DNA of 62,305 nt, filler included. It is 9 parts of 9 records of this genome, joined end to end, with 100 filler letters (N's around TTAATTAATTAA, not from the genome) between each part and the next. Parts side by side here need not be neighbours in the genome. Positions count along the whole stretch, not along the records: positions 1 to 6,469 come from SRR31147125_12968; positions 6,570 to 11,887 come from SRR31147125_12969; 7 more parts are not named here. One strand, 5' to 3'. The notes below the pieces were generated by a model that was not told the origin of the DNA, made no database searches, and worked only from the letters and a program-made list of their open reading frames with translations. A program made the position numbers and the translations under genes. Below, piece by piece: positions 1 to 9,692 of the stretch. Each line of letters begins with the position of its first letter. The stretch's first letter is position 1.

Positions 1-9
1 TCTAATTGA

Positions 10-960
10 ACCAATGAGTTCGTATCAAAGACAAAAATTAGAAAGAGTCAACTGAGATCAACAAAAACTGATCAAAGAGATTGTAAGAATATTGCAGTGG
101 CATATTTTTCAAGAGACTATAAGATACATCAAAGACAAGACGATATTTATGAAAGGTTACAACAAATGAATAGAGATTATGGCTTTATAATGCAACAGTT
201 ACGCATGTTAAAAGTCGCATATCGAAATACATTGGATGTTGTATATCCACATTTTGATCAGTTATATGAAGATGTATATAGTGATATCGCCATGGCAGTC
301 ATCGAAATAAATAGTCACCCTGATGAAATCCTTAAAAAACGTATAGAAACACTGAGTAAACAACTAGAAAAAAATACAAAGCACCATAAAAACTATTGTA
401 TGAAGCAAGCACAGGCAATTAAAACATATGCACAAAATGTACAATCTGGTGTGTCATCAAATGATTATGAAGTCAGTGAATTGAATCATTATCGTGAAGC
501 AACCAAAGCACAAATTATTGAGGTAGAAATACATTTAGAACAAATGATTCGAGTTTCAAAAGATATACCATTATTTAAACAACTGGTTACTATACCAGGT
601 ATCGGAGAAAACTTAGCAGCAAGACTGATCGCAGAAATAAAAGATATATCAAGATTTAGCAATAAACGTCAATTAGTCGCATATGCCGGAATTGATCCAA
701 GAGTTTATCAATCTGGACAAGTAAGTGGACAACATTTACATATTACAAAAAAAGGCAATAAACAACTAAGAACACTATTATACTTAGCAGTCAGTTCATC
801 TTTGAGATGGAAAAAACCTTCTGTGATTAGAGATTTTTACAACAAAAAAAGACAGCAAACTAACCCACTTAGTCATAAAGCTGCCTTAATTGCCTGTGCG
901 AATAAATTACTTCGAATAATTTATGGCATGAGTAGAAACGGATCAACATTTCTAATCTAA
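10..960 (+). CDS. IS110-family transposase/recombinase (5' truncated)
   Basis: Frame is open from 10 and contains RSTKTDQRD (DEDD RuvC-like KTD..D motif). C-terminal TIPGIG..AARLIAEI.DISRF..LVAYAGIDP..QSG..ITKKGNKQLR is typical of the IS116/IS110/IS902 domain. The ORF-track start at 97 is internal. Confidence 0.93.
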   Translation, partial: TNEFVSKTKIRKSQLRSTKTDQRDCKNIAVAYFSRDYKIHQRQDDIYERLQQMNRDYGFIMQQLRMLKVAYRNTLDVVYPHFDQLYEDVYSDIAMAVIEINSHPDEILKKRIETLSKQLEKNTKHHKNYCMKQAQAIKTYAQNVQSGVSSNDYEVSELNHYREATKAQIIEVEIHLEQMIRVSKDIPLFKQLVTIPGIGENLAARLIAEIKDISRFSNKRQLVAYAGIDPRVYQSGQVSGQHLHITKKGNKQLRTLLYLAVSSSLRWKKPSVIRDFYNKKRQQTNPLSHKAALIACANKLLRIIYGMSRNGSTFLI

Positions 961-985
961 TTACAACCTCATTATACATCTAAAT

Positions 986-1012
986 AAAAAAACCAGCAAG
1001 TTCTGGTTTTTT
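986..1012 (+). terminator. Rho-independent terminator after the transposase
   Basis: AAAAAAACCAG-caagtt-CTGGTTTTTT stem-loop with U tract. Confidence 0.7.
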
Positions 1013-1075
1013 CGTGTTGATAAAAATTAAGTTATAATTATACTTGACAAAACTTATCTAATTTTTTATATCAAA

Positions 1076-1101
1076 AAAAACGCTTATATATAAGCGTTTT
1101 T
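1076..1101 (-). terminator. Bidirectional terminator hairpin ending the minus-strand gene run
   Basis: Perfect palindrome AAAAACGCTTATATATAAGCGTTTTT about 30 bp downstream of the 1130 stop. Confidence 0.7.
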
Positions 1102-1129
1102 GATTAATCATTATTTATTAGGACTTGTT

Positions 1130-1846
1130 TTAGTTTTTTTCTACTTTTTTAGGCTTTTGTTGCGTTTTCGGGAAAAACAATGGTAATGCTATCGTTACTG
1201 CATATACTAATAATAAAATTTCAAGAACTAGAACAATTAATTGATCTAAAGTAAATGCATTAAAAATGCCATTAAATCCATCGTATACATAAGTGATTAA
1301 AAAACTCACGATAAATAATATTGTTGATTTGTGATTCCCGAAGATGAATGCAATACCAACAATAGGCATAAGTATTAATGCTGCATTAAAACCTAAAAAC
1401 AACCAGAAGAAAGCAAAGAAAATAAGTGTTAAAGTTGCTACTTTTCCTTTTAAAGGTCTTGATTTTAATCCTCCATTAACAACATATGATGCAATCATTA
1501 AAGCCAAGTAAACAAAGATGATTAAACTGAGATACAGCATAATATCTGATGATATCGTAAATGTAAACGGATCAAAGGTTATGTTAATAAAATCACTGAA
1601 AAATTTAGAAAATGCATCAGCAAAATAAAGAATAAACACGACCACATAAGATGCGAAAAACTTTTGATTAAGTACTAAATACACAACACCTATAAACATC
1701 AGCAATAGTGCAACCCATCCAATGATTGCTTCGATACCTAGGCTAAAACTCAACGTATCAATTGCTACCAATACTAAAATGACAGTTAAAATGATCAGTT
1801 GTATCGTCGGTGTAACCATAGACTTAAATTTTTTAATAAAATTCAT
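1130..1846 (-). CDS. Hypothetical polytopic membrane protein
   Basis: 238 aa, multiple hydrophobic helices, AGGAG RBS upstream, no recognisable motif. Confidence 0.75.
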   Translation of the reverse strand: MNFIKKFKSMVTPTIQLIILTVILVLVAIDTLSFSLGIEAIIGWVALLLMFIGVVYLVLNQKFFASYVVVFILYFADAFSKFFSDFINITFDPFTFTISSDIMLYLSLIIFVYLALMIASYVVNGGLKSRPLKGKVATLTLIFFAFFWLFLGFNAALILMPIVGIAFIFGNHKSTILFIVSFLITYVYDGFNGIFNAFTLDQLIVLVLEILLLVYAVTIALPLFFPKTQQKPKKVEKN

Positions 1847-1860
1847 ATAACGCTCCTTAA

Positions 1861-2391
1861 TTATTTTTTTATGATTGACTTATAGTGATCATAATATAAG
1901 AAAATATCTGATAAATCAAAAGGTGCTTCTTTTCTTTTCACTTTGTCTAATAAAACGTTTAATTGTTGTGTAATAATTTCTTGGATATCCTGAGGATAAC
2001 ACATTTGTTCTAAATGTCTTCTGTATTCTTTTTCATCTAGAATAACATACTTACCATTGGGAAAAACCTTTACGTCTAAATCATAATCTATGTACTTAAT
2101 GGCTTCGCCATCATATAAATAAGGACTTGATAAATTACAATAAAAATGAACGCCATCTTTTTTTAGCATGCCAATAATATTAAACCAATATGCTTTATAA
2201 AAATAGCAAATCGCTGGTTCTTTTGTATACCAGCTTCTTCCATCATGTTCTATCACTCTTGTTTTTTTATGACCTGTCACAAGCACATCATTATTTTCAT
2301 CTAATACAACCGTATTTTTCCATATACGATGGAGTATCCGATTATGTTTAAAACTATGTATTGCAACATTCATACTCGTTGATAATTTCAT
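1861..2391 (-). CDS. DUF402-family protein (YgaC/Ntdp-like nucleoside tri/diphosphate phosphatase)
   Basis: HSFKHNRILHRIW, W.TKEPAICYF...WFNIIGM, FYCNLSSPY, YIDYDLDVKVFP motifs. Confidence 0.88.
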   Translation of the reverse strand: MKLSTSMNVAIHSFKHNRILHRIWKNTVVLDENNDVLVTGHKKTRVIEHDGRSWYTKEPAICYFYKAYWFNIIGMLKKDGVHFYCNLSSPYLYDGEAIKYIDYDLDVKVFPNGKYVILDEKEYRRHLEQMCYPQDIQEIITQQLNVLLDKVKRKEAPFDLSDIFLYYDHYKSIIKK

Positions 2392-2450
2392 AAAACCACC
2401 TCAAATGTTGTATTTATTATAACATGTTTACATGGTTTTGTTAATTGAGA

Positions 2451-2954
2451 TTATTTATAAGCAATCTTAAATAAAAAATCTATAAATTCAATCTCATGAA
2501 TAGGTAAAAATTTTCCATTTTTTATTAATGATACTATTTCATCTCTGCTTGCCCAAGTCGCTTGGCAAGCTTCATGATCATTAAATGTAATATCTTTTAT
2601 ATCCATATCACGTTTAATCAAGTATATATCATCAAATCCTCTTTCAAAAGTACGAGATACTTGTGGTCGCATATGATTAAAATCTTGGATAATACCTAAC
2701 TCTTCAAAAGATTCTCTTTGCGCTGCCATTTGACTAGATTCACCAGATTGAACTGCTCCTCCAATTGAAATATCCCATAGACCACCCCATGTTTTATGAC
2801 TTGAACGTTGTTGAATGAGCATTTGCTTTTGATGATTGAAATAACAAACATGAACAACTAAATGATATTGATTCAAAGCCAATTTATCACCACGATACAT
2901 GGTTTCCTGTGTTAATTGTCGTTGTGCATTATAAATATCCCATTTTTCTTTCAT
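2451..2954 (-). CDS. NUDIX hydrolase (IDI-like subfamily)
   Basis: Nudix box GGAVQSGESSQMAAQRESFEELGI; YHLVVHV..LIQQRS..K.WGGLWD. Confidence 0.9.
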   Translation of the reverse strand: MKEKWDIYNAQRQLTQETMYRGDKLALNQYHLVVHVCYFNHQKQMLIQQRSSHKTWGGLWDISIGGAVQSGESSQMAAQRESFEELGIIQDFNHMRPQVSRTFERGFDDIYLIKRDMDIKDITFNDHEACQATWASRDEIVSLIKNGKFLPIHEIEFIDFLFKIAYK

Positions 2955-2959
2955 AAATA

Positions 2960-3640
2960 TTAAAATCCTTTCAGTTGACCTTTATATGGTGGTTTTGAGT
3001 CGTTGATATACTCATCAACACTCGGTCCTTCTAATTTTCTTAAACGCCATAAACCATAGATATAACTAAGCGTCAGCATTAAAATAAGTAAGGGTAATCC
3101 TAGCAATGTATTTACCCATACAAATTGATTAACATTACCTGATAAATATATGGTAGTTTCTAATACGGTTCTAAACAAAAAATAAAATGTCCAAATGATA
3201 GTGACTTCTTGATATGCAGGCTTTATGTCTGCTCTCCAAAACCACTCAATCGGCCATCCTCTTGTTAAATGTGATACATACGCAACAAGTGGTTTTCCAA
3301 TTAAAACTGATATCAATGCAACAAGAAGCGAAAGACCGCTGCCCAATATATCTGGTATAAAATATGTGATTGGACTTTGACTTAAATATGAAAATCCTGC
3401 AGCTATACCCACTGCTAAAAATCCCAATACAGCATATCTTTTTTTCTCATTTTTTAACATTCTAATCAAAAACAAAACAAATGAAAAGAACAAACCTACA
3501 ATTAATGCAATTTCCAAATTTAATAGATTAAGCATGAGCGCATATATAATCGGTGGCATTAACGTATCAAGTGTTTTTCCTTTTAACACCATGCTGAGTT
3601 CTTGGTATATTTCTTTTATCATGTTTTTCATCATCATCAC
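2960..3640 (-). CDS. DUF3159-like membrane protein
   Basis: Hydrophobic; SVLIGKPL..RGWP..W....AY..VT..W..F..R pattern; exact start uncertain (several Met). Confidence 0.7.
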   Translation of the reverse strand: MMMMKNMIKEIYQELSMVLKGKTLDTLMPPIIYALMLNLLNLEIALIVGLFFSFVLFLIRMLKNEKKRYAVLGFLAVGIAAGFSYLSQSPITYFIPDILGSGLSLLVALISVLIGKPLVAYVSHLTRGWPIEWFWRADIKPAYQEVTIIWTFYFLFRTVLETTIYLSGNVNQFVWVNTLLGLPLLILMLTLSYIYGLWRLRKLEGPSVDEYINDSKPPYKGQLKGF

Positions 3641-3794
3641 CCTTTTTTAAAGCATCAATGCGTCTTATACGACCCATTAAATACTTCATAGTCTTTCATA
3701 ATGATATTATACCATCTACAATCACTTAAGACCTTTATATGCTAAAAAAGACACATCATTATATGCATCTTTATGTTAGATTTCTACATGGTGT

Positions 3795-4694
3795 TTATTT
3801 AACTTTTGATTGATTTCTACCATTGTTTTTAGCGTCATACATATAATGATCTGCTTTTGAGACAATTGATTTTATAGAATCTTGAGGCTCAGCAAGTGTG
3901 CCTCCTATTGATACAGTCACTTTAATATGTTTACCATTTTCTAATTGATAACTAGAAGCATTTACAACACGTCGTAGTTTTTCAGCTATATGATATAGCT
4001 TGTTCACATCTGTCACATTAACAAGTGCAACAAATTCTTCACCACCCCATCTTGCAACTAAATCAGTATTTTTTACATTTGATGACAGGGATTTAGCAAC
4101 AACCTTTAAGAGTTCATCTCCGATTAAATGTCCATATGTATCATTGACATGCTTAAAGTGATCAATATCAATCATGAGCAAACCAAATGTATTAGAAAAA
4201 ACTCTAGATTCTTCTAAGCGTTTTTCTAATTGAAAATCAAAATAATTTCTATTTGTAATTTGTGTTAACGCATCAATTCTAAGCTTATTTCTTAGTTCCA
4301 TGTTTTCGTGATAAACCTGTTTTTGAAATCTCTCATCTGTAAACACTTCAATCGCAGCCACAATATTTTGTTGTTCATCATAGATTGGCAGTGTTTTAAC
4401 CATCACAGGTATGCGATAACCATCTTTATGCTTTAAATATACTTTTGATTCATTAACGATACCATCGTCTAGCGTTTTTTGGAGTGGACACCCACCCAAA
4501 CATAATTGTTTCCCTGATTCATCGATATGTTGTAATATGTTTTGATAACAAAAACTATTCACAACTTCTTTTGCGCTATAACCAGTAATCCGCTCACTAC
4601 CATCATTCCAAAAGATTATTTTTCTTTTTTGATTAACAACATAAACACCTTCATAAAGATATGGCATAATATTTTTGTCATAATTAATGTGCAT
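3795..4694 (-). CDS. PAS-domain diguanylate cyclase
   Basis: N-terminal PAS; DALTQITNR, LLMIDIDHFKHVNDTYGHLIGD, intact RWGGEEF. Confidence 0.93.
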   Translation of the reverse strand: MHINYDKNIMPYLYEGVYVVNQKRKIIFWNDGSERITGYSAKEVVNSFCYQNILQHIDESGKQLCLGGCPLQKTLDDGIVNESKVYLKHKDGYRIPVMVKTLPIYDEQQNIVAAIEVFTDERFQKQVYHENMELRNKLRIDALTQITNRNYFDFQLEKRLEESRVFSNTFGLLMIDIDHFKHVNDTYGHLIGDELLKVVAKSLSSNVKNTDLVARWGGEEFVALVNVTDVNKLYHIAEKLRRVVNASSYQLENGKHIKVTVSIGGTLAEPQDSIKSIVSKADHYMYDAKNNGRNQSKVK

Positions 4695-4858
4695 AAACCG
4701 TGTCTCCTATAATAAATGATAGTAATACCTCATTACATTATAGCATTTTTATCACATTTTATATATATGTGTTATATTTTAGTGAGATCATATGCCTTTT
4801 TTATTCGTAACTAACATTGAACATATCAAGTAATTTTTTGTATTTGCCTTGTCCAGAC

Positions 4859-5030
4859 AAGCAGGTGATTATAGCTACCCATTCACCAGTTATCATGGTA
4901 ATTCCTGATGTTCATATTATACATTTATCAAACCAAAGGATTGTTGATATTATTTATAGTGATATTGAGCAAGTCAGTAAATTTAAAATTTTTTAAATCA
5001 CCCATAAGCGTATTTCAAACATTTAATGTA
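4859..5030 (+). pseudogene. Remnant of the C-terminus of an ABC/AAA-type ATPase
   Basis: Not in the ORF track. Reads KQVIIATHSPVIMVIPD...SKFKIF*, then after a shift FLNHP*AYFKHLM*. IIATHSP is the ABC H-loop; no start or N-terminal part is present. Confidence 0.6.
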
Positions 5031-5115
5031 AATAGCAGTGATTTCTTTGTATCAATATAGGTTATTCCATTATCTACTTATTGTTGGGTATCGAACTCTT
5101 CTAGTTGTCCTGAAA

Positions 5116-5987
5116 TCAACTCTCATGCAATTTTATTCTATCTGTTAATGATTGGTAACCTAAACCATATTGCTTTCCATCAATATTGATTTGAATCTTT
5201 GATTTTACCCCTATAGTATATCTTTGCCAGAATATAGACTGTAGTTCTTGATTTAAAAATACTTCAAAGTATGAATTTTTTGGATCGTCTGTACCATCCG
5301 GATCGAAATAACTAATTTTAATAGCTTTTTGCTTCTTCCCATCTATGATGAGCTCATAGTTTTCTGCATTATCATAAATCATTGATTGTCCTAAAATTGT
5401 TTCCCAATTCCCCAGTGATTCAAAAACTTTTTATCCTTAAATGTTTCAATGCATTTTATACCATCTTCGAAGTGAATTCTACCTAAAAAGAATAATTCAT
5501 CATTAACTTCATTAATAATTATAGAATAGGTTTTTGTCTTGTTTAACTGAGGGTCATATTCTTCAACCATTACTTCATACCCCTCATTATCATGTAAAAG
5601 AATCTTATTCAAAACGGTCAAGTGATATGAATAACTTTTTATACCATCATCGTATAAAGCAGTACATACTTCTTCTTTCTCTTTTAATGGTATAAACCAA
5701 TTTGGAACTTCGTTATACTTAATCGCATCTTGTCGTTTCGATATGTAGTTCAACTCAACAGATTTAAATCTTTTGGGTAGTTTACTAACATCATACCCAT
5801 TAAGTAAATCATCTGTTGATACATCTAATACATTCGCAATTTTTTTTAACATAAGAATATTTGGATAATTTAATCCGCCTTCCCATGTATAAATGGTTTG
5901 CCTAGAAACACCAATAGTTAAAGCTAGATCTTCTTGAGATAATCCTTTTCTTTTTCTTATTAACTCTAGATTTTTTTCAAATTTCAT
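5116..5987 (-). CDS. XRE-family HTH regulator with long C-terminal domain (split by a 1-nt frameshift near 5400)
   Basis: LELIRKRKGLSQEDLA..IGVSRQTIYTWEGG..YP HTH. ORF 5391-5987 continues in another frame as TILGQSMIYDNAENY (ORF 5116-5382) if one A is added to a short A run. Confidence 0.75.
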
Positions 5988-6061
5988 TTTATTTCCTCCT
6001 CTGATGCTTCCATTCTATTAAATATCCAATCATCTATCCACCAAGTACACACAACAATTTT

Positions 6062-6087
6062 TGTAAGATATTTCTTACATTATAACA
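6062..6087 (-). promoter_or_regulatory. Extended -10 promoter with an adjacent inverted-repeat operator for the XRE gene
   Basis: Minus-strand TGTTATAAT (6087-6079) abutting TGTAAGA-N4-TCTTACA (6062-6079). Confidence 0.5.
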
Positions 6088-6112
6088 TTTTACAGAAAAT
6101 AATTCACTATAT

Positions 6113-6145
6113 AAAAAGACTCCGGTTTGATCAAAACCGAAGTCT
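6113..6145 (-). terminator. Terminator after the toxin gene
   Basis: Minus strand AGACTTCGGTTT-tgatc-AAACCGGAGTCT-TTTT. Confidence 0.65.
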
Positions 6146-6149
6146 AACA

Positions 6150-6416
6150 TTATAATCTTTTCAATATATCATGGTGACCAATATCTAACATCAATATTAG
6201 GGAATCATCCTTGAAAATCCAAATAACTCTAATTGACATATTTATGCTAGATTCAAACAATATCTCACTACCATGAATCTTTTTAGTTCTCAAGCTAGGA
6301 TGCCGATGATTTTCAACAAATAAAGATAACTTTTTATAGAATAATTTCTTTTCATTCGATTCAAGATTAGAAAAAGATTTCTTAAATTTATTTGAAAATA
6401 GTATTTCGTATCTCAT
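6150..6416 (-). CDS. RelE/YafQ-like type II toxin (mRNA interferase)
   Basis: 88 aa, FSNKFKKSF..L, HPSLRTKKI.G, SINMSIRVIW, LDIGHHDIL. Confidence 0.8.
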   Translation of the reverse strand: MRYEILFSNKFKKSFSNLESNEKKLFYKKLSLFVENHRHPSLRTKKIHGSEILFESSINMSIRVIWIFKDDSLILMLDIGHHDILKRL

Positions 6417-6469
6417 TGTTTATTAACTTTATCTGTAACTTCAGTATCTTCATCAGATTCTTCTAAATA
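6413..6469 (-). CDS. 3' end of an upstream gene, probable antitoxin (truncated)
   Basis: YLEESDEDTEVTDKVNKQ*: acidic tail whose TGA overlaps the toxin ATG (ATGA coupling). Confidence 0.5.
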   Translation of the reverse strand, partial: YLEESDEDTEVTDKVNKQ

Positions 6470-6569
6470 NNNNNNNNNNNNNNNNNNNNNNNNNNNNNNN
6501 NNNNNNNNNNNNNTTAATTAATTAANNNNNNNNNNNNNNNNNNNNNNNNNNNNNNNNNNNNNNNNNNNN
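6470..6569. other. Artificial contig spacer
   Basis: 44 N + TTAATTAATTAA (stops in all six frames) + 44 N. Confidence 0.98.
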
Positions 6570-8674
6570 ACACAATAACTTGGACTTAAACGTATTATAC
6601 TTCCCATCAATATCATATGCAAATGACAAAACAGAATCATAGTCACCATATTCATCATTTTTGACAAGACATCTTATTCCATAATCAAAATTAATGTCAG
6701 ATATTTTTGTATTAGCTACGGGATAGTGAATGTTACCCTCGTGCGTTTTTTCAGTAGAAACTGCAGCTAAAGTATGCAAAGGAATATCTTTATGTGATAT
6801 ACTTTCATACAATTCTGTAGACACAACAGGTTCAGCAAGAAGAATCTTTCTCCATGTTGCCTGATTATAATCCCATTTAGCTCCAGCAACTTCAAATTTT
6901 AATTGTTTAACTCCGCTAATATCAAGATAAATAGTATTCTCTATGCCGTTATCTACCAATACAGGAGAAGTGAATAATAATTGGTCATCTCCATAAATGC
7001 GCATTACAGCTTCTCTGTCAAAATTATCTTCATAACAAATCAACTTTGAATAGAAGACATTATATTGTCCATTTACATCATAGGCAACACTAATAGTTGA
7101 ATCATAATCGCCATACTCATCATTTTCTACATAAAAACTAATTCCGTTTTTATAAGATATGTTATTGTACTTAATTCCTTCCACAACTTCAGCACTATTT
7201 TTACCATTTGACGTTTCAAGAGGTACTAAAGTAAACTCAGATAAACTCTCTCCTTTGACTTCCAATTCACCAGCTTGTTCCAGATATGAGTCTATAGGTG
7301 ATTGCTCTTCCTCTTGATTAACCAAATTGCTGCTATTTTCGTTATTACTACTTCCAGATACTCCCATGAACAAACTGGCAATATCACCGAATGCAGATAC
7401 AGCAATTGCTAATACCGCACATACAGCCATAACTATAAGGGTAATCTTTATACCTTTTCCATACAAGTTGATAACTTTATCTATAAATGAAGTTTGTGAG
7501 CCACTAGATTGCCTGCGAGTTGTTTGTGAGTAATTTCTAGAATAGTTTTGCGTATTATTAGTATTTCGTGAGTATCTTTTTTGATTTGGCGCAGCAACAA
7601 AAGATGACCTACTATTATAATTATTCATTTTTTTATTATGAATTTCATCAACTTTACAGTAAGGGCAACTTTTCAAACCACTAAAATAATAATGCAATGA
7701 ATTCTTTTTACATTCTACTGTTTCATTGTAATATTTATCTAGTGCTACTAACCATTCTGAAGCAGAAGGTCTTGATTTAGGGTTAGTATATCCTAAATCA
7801 AATGCTCGTGATATTAGTCGTGTAATGTAATGAGGAAATGATTGTAAAGGCAATATTCTTGAAGAATATGGTTTTAAGCCATTTCTAAAACAATATTCAT
7901 TTTTTCAACTGCTTTATCGCCTAAAGCAGGAGAGGATGTAGAACGTCCATTATTCCTTGCTCCTGAATATGGAGAGTATCCGTTCATTAATATTTTAAAG
8001 ATATGAATGGATAGTGCAAAATTATCAGTTTCCTTTGTGAAAGAATCTAACGGAAGGTTAGCATAGATATGACTACTATATTGAGGATATTTTTGAGCAA
8101 ATATTTTGCATTTTTTTAATAACTCTGGTGCAACATAACCAGGTTTGCACACATTACATCTGTACTCAATTTTTTGTTTTTTATCCACAATATGAAATGA
8201 ATCCGTATCTAAAAAAGCTACTAACCCTGTATCGGAATCTACACCTATATTTTGAGGATTGAAATCTCCAAAAACATATCCTGCTTTATGTATTTCATCT
8301 ATTACTAAACATAGATTATACGCAATTATAACCCTTTCTTTGTATGTGAGCGCATTTGGTTTAGGTGGATAACTGTAAATAGATGCTAGCAATTCATCAA
8401 TTTTGAGTTTGTACATAACAAATCCACAAAATACACCACTTTGAGTATAAACAACATCTAATGGCCAAGCAATTTGATTAAGTACACTCTTTAAAGGCAT
8501 ATTATTGATCATGTATTTTAATTTACTTTCCAATAGGCTAGTAGTTTTAGAGGTGTACGTCTTCAAGAGCAAACCACTATACCCTTTTATTTCATATATT
8601 TCACCTTCTCCACCACTATTTATAGGTTTGTCACTTATGTGATACGAATTACCTTTTAATCCTAATAATATCAT
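6570..8674 (-). CDS. TerY-P-type Ser/Thr kinase fused to Zn-ribbon, TM helix and NPCBM-like repeats (frameshift at 7900-7905; 3' truncated)
   Basis: SGGEGEIY, IAWPLD, GFVM, VFGDFNPQNI, FLDTDSF, YVAPEL, TDNFALSIHIF kinase motifs. Adding one A to an A6 run reads EKNEYCFRNGLKPYSSRILPLQ into ORF 6522-7853, which carries C..H..CPYC, a TM helix and two related beta-rich repeats. Confidence 0.85.
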
Positions 8675-8691
8675 AGTTAATCTCCGAATTT

Positions 8692-9678
8692 TTATTTTTT
8701 GAATTTATTAATAAATTTAACAATTTTACTTTTAATTTCTTTATTGGATGTTTCTACCAGAAGAGAGTTTTCAGAGTTACTCTTGATACTTTTATCTTCC
8801 TCAATATTGTTTTCTTCAATGTTTAGATGAGGATATGCTACCTTTTTCCAGTTTTCTTTATATTCTTTAGTTAATTTATCCCAGTTAGGCTCTTGATAAT
8901 ACTCTTTATCTTGTCTTTCAATTTCTGTAGATGTATTAGTAATTACTACAACCGTTTTATCATCATCTACTTTGTCAGATGGTATATTATCAATAAATGA
9001 AATAATCTCTTCTGTAAGAGCTTCTTCGCCAAATTCTTTAATATCTTCACTGCTTATACTCATAAAAAATTCAGCAAGAGAAACATAAATATTAACCTTT
9101 TTTTCTCTAATATAGATAGGATAAAAGAGCTCCAAAATTCCATCTGTAGCCAATAGAACACTACTAACATTTTTCTGGAATTTGTTGAAAATCCATTTAT
9201 CTTCAAAACATAAAGGAAAAACTCTGCCCTCGTCATCTCGCTGTTGAACAGTAACCTTATTATACATTCCATCTGTAGACAATGCTATTATACCGCTATC
9301 ACCAGCGTGTCCAAAATATAATTCATCATTAATCAATACTGCTAACGAAAGAGTGGTGTCATATTCCGTAACATCATGTTCATTATCAGTAGCTGCATCA
9401 TTAATTTTATTCAATGCATTAGAAAAAGCACACTTGATAGTTTCGATAATTTCCTCATCTGACATAGTGTCTTTAATGTGACTTTCACAGTATTCAGCTG
9501 AATCATCCGCAGCTATCTTTGAGGCAATATCGGAATGCTTTTCACTACCCAGTCCATCAGCAACACATGCAATAGCCAACTTATCGTTAACCTTGATAAC
9601 ACGGTGTGCATCTTGGCAAACCGTGTTATCAATTAAATGATAAAAACCTATTTTTGATATTCCATATGAATAAATCAT
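8692..9678 (-). CDS. PP2C-family Ser/Thr phosphatase (TerY-P type)
   Basis: H...CQDA, ACVADGLGS..HSDIAS, DTTL, GHAGDSG, LLATDG, DDKT. Confidence 0.92.
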   Translation of the reverse strand: MIYSYGISKIGFYHLIDNTVCQDAHRVIKVNDKLAIACVADGLGSEKHSDIASKIAADDSAEYCESHIKDTMSDEEIIETIKCAFSNALNKINDAATDNEHDVTEYDTTLSLAVLINDELYFGHAGDSGIIALSTDGMYNKVTVQQRDDEGRVFPLCFEDKWIFNKFQKNVSSVLLATDGILELFYPIYIREKKVNIYVSLAEFFMSISSEDIKEFGEEALTEEIISFIDNIPSDKVDDDKTVVVITNTSTEIERQDKEYYQEPNWDKLTKEYKENWKKVAYPHLNIEENNIEEDKSIKSNSENSLLVETSNKEIKSKIVKFINKFKK

Positions 9679-9692
9679 AACAGTCCTTTCTT

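Larger units (their letters stand above)
1..1060 (+). mobile_element. IS110-family insertion sequence, left end missing; right end approximate
   Basis: IS110 transposase ORF followed by a short non-coding end with a terminator hairpin (986-1012) and an outward-facing TTGACA (1044-1049). No terminal inverted repeats seen. Confidence 0.75.

Noticed and set aside
1-6469. UGA=Trp recoding (genetic code 4) in the Mollicute-like contig
   Set aside because: Long ORFs are intact under code 11 and use TGG for Trp; a TGA overlaps the toxin ATG as a normal stop; the TGA at 7-9 is better explained by a frame change (LIEPMSS in frame 2).
6514-6525. Recurring TTAATTAATTAA as a biological repeat or CRISPR-like element
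   Set aside because: Always centred in 44+44 N; it is a six-frame-stop linker. No CRISPR array, tRNA or rRNA was recognised anywhere in the window.
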